DNA of 64,000 nucleotides from Blastocystis sp. Blastoise (lineage: Eukaryota; Protista; Bigyra: Opalinata). Positions 62,501-64,000 of the stretch are shown in pieces (the first letter of the stretch is position 1; each line of letters begins with the position of its first letter). The stretch lies in NCBI GenBank assembly GCA_039096225.1, contig JBBPEB010000017.1, forward strand, positions 124,001-188,000, written 5' to 3'. A program made the translations under genes and the position numbers. Below the pieces are notes generated by a model. The model was not told the origin of the DNA, did not search any database, and was given only the letters and a program-made list of their open reading frames with translations.

Positions 62501-64000
62501 ATATACTATCAGAATTATTATTACAAAAGAATGTTATCTTTAATAAAACCTATTTTTATTGTATACTCATTTTTAAACATATATATATTTTAAATAATAC
62601 CTATATATAGTAGATAATAGTACTATTGGACCTATATACTCAGAAGATACACACTTTTTGAAGGATTATGAGTTTAAAGAATTATATATTCACGATAAAG
62701 AAGCTGGTATATTTTTATATTCTTTCATTATATATCAATAAACCCAGATTTATAATAATCATGAATATTTTATTTATTATTTAATATATTTATAATTTTT
62801 CCTTTCATTTTAAACTTATATCCTTTTTTTTAAATTTTTACGTTATAAATAGTTAGAAATGATTATGAAAAATCAAAATTAGAGTTATCGATTTTAAAGA
62901 ATGGAAATAAAAACATAAATAAATATCAAGATCAACTGGAAATATGTATTTGTTAAGATTATTATTTTTCTTATTATATCTATAATAAAAACTATATTTA
63001 GTTATATATTCATCTGTATTCTCTCCTAATGAAGTCAATAGTTTTACTAATATTATGAATTCATTAAATACGGAACATATTGAAACGATTACTTTTTCTT
63101 GTATATATATTTATATAGTATCTATATTTTTCTTTCTGTTTATTTTCATCTTATTTAATACTATATATGATAGTGTTTTTATTCTTATATATATATATAT
63201 ATATATAGTTCGAGAAAACTATCACATTTCATTACCTGACTTTGTTTCTAGTTTTAAGAAAGCTAATTATCCTCATTTAAAGAAATTAACTATTAGTATA
63301 TATATATATATATTCATTCTTTATTAATCAATAATACTTTTATATTAACTATTTATTATTAATCATTCAAATTATAGCATATATTAGTATGTTTGCAGGC
63401 GTAACCCTTGAAGATATAAAAATAAATGCAAAGAATATGTCCTTGTTATTATCATGCTTTTCAAATAGTCTTAAAGAATTAAATTTAGATTGTATATTCT
63501 AATTTATCTTATTCTTAATATATATATGGTAGAACCAGATTATTATTATTTGTCTTATTTTTATTATATATATAGTAGAACCAGAAAATGATTATATGGA
63601 AACTATTTTGAAAGAAACAGTGAATTTTCCGTTATGGGAGAATATTGAATCTCTTTCTTTTCCAACAGGTAAATTTAGTTTATGTAATATAATATAATAT
63701 AATATTTATATATATATAGGACGTTATCATCGTGTCACTTGTCTTTTTGATTTTTTTTGTAATAATTTCATAAATAATAAATTATTACAATTGGAATCAT
63801 TAGTTCTTACTGGTATTTAATATTATCTTTATTTTTTATTATTATCATAAATAATAATTGCTATAATTAAATCTCTATAGGTAAAAATGATTATGAAAAT
63901 GACTATATAGTATTTATTCATCAATTATTGAGTGATTTAAATATATATAATTCTAAATCAATAATAGATGAGACTGAAAAATCTCAAAACTTTTATTGTA
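59542..64000 (+). CDS. BTB/POZ plus LRR-like repeat family member with a Pro/Ser/His-rich insert; runs off the window
   Basis: FIFQDEVKVDIPIDILELCPESIL...YIDYPS, YDTIYPSNIHELFP, THIFPNVTTL, EHFPKLHIY, NYPHLKKL. Confidence 0.75.

Noticed and set aside
62818-62842. ATATCCTTT...AC as a fifth U12 intron
   Set aside because: Only about 24 nt, inside an ordinary GT-AG intron. Other RTATCC hits (YPS, YPE, YPP, DIL codons) are exonic.

Overview
Very AT-rich, intron-dense eukaryotic DNA using the standard code. The gene content and style suggest a Blastocystis-like gut stramenopile, but that is inference. About 19 genes or pseudogenes were reconstructed by hand across roughly 170 short introns (rough count) that are filled with (TA)n/(TAA)n. 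They are: TM9SF (partial), cardiolipin synthase, a degenerate cyclophilin, VPS2/CHMP2, THADA/Trm732, a complex I NUXM-like subunit, MRI1, a PPR-SMR protein, an AGC kinase, two tandem 2-TM paralogues, a Frizzled-CRD/EGF ABCG-like protein with a dead ATPase site, a BTB-TLDc-TLDc protein, four BTB plus LRR-like paralogues (one pseudogenised), a BTB pseudogene fragment and an intron-containing PIF/Harbinger-type transposase. Two signals stand out. (1) A degenerate 14-bp dyad motif (ATWHYC-RY-GRDWAT, best copy ATTCCCGCGGGAAT) sits in most promoters and is also written into coding exons in all three reading frames, with 22 copies in the THADA gene alone. (2) There are four minor-spliceosome (U12-type) introns, three AT-AC and one apparent GT-AT, all with a variant branch site ending TAAT. 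Most short ORFs in the supplied track are intronic microsatellite artefacts. Gene spans are start-to-stop including introns, and exon boundaries were inferred without RNA data.
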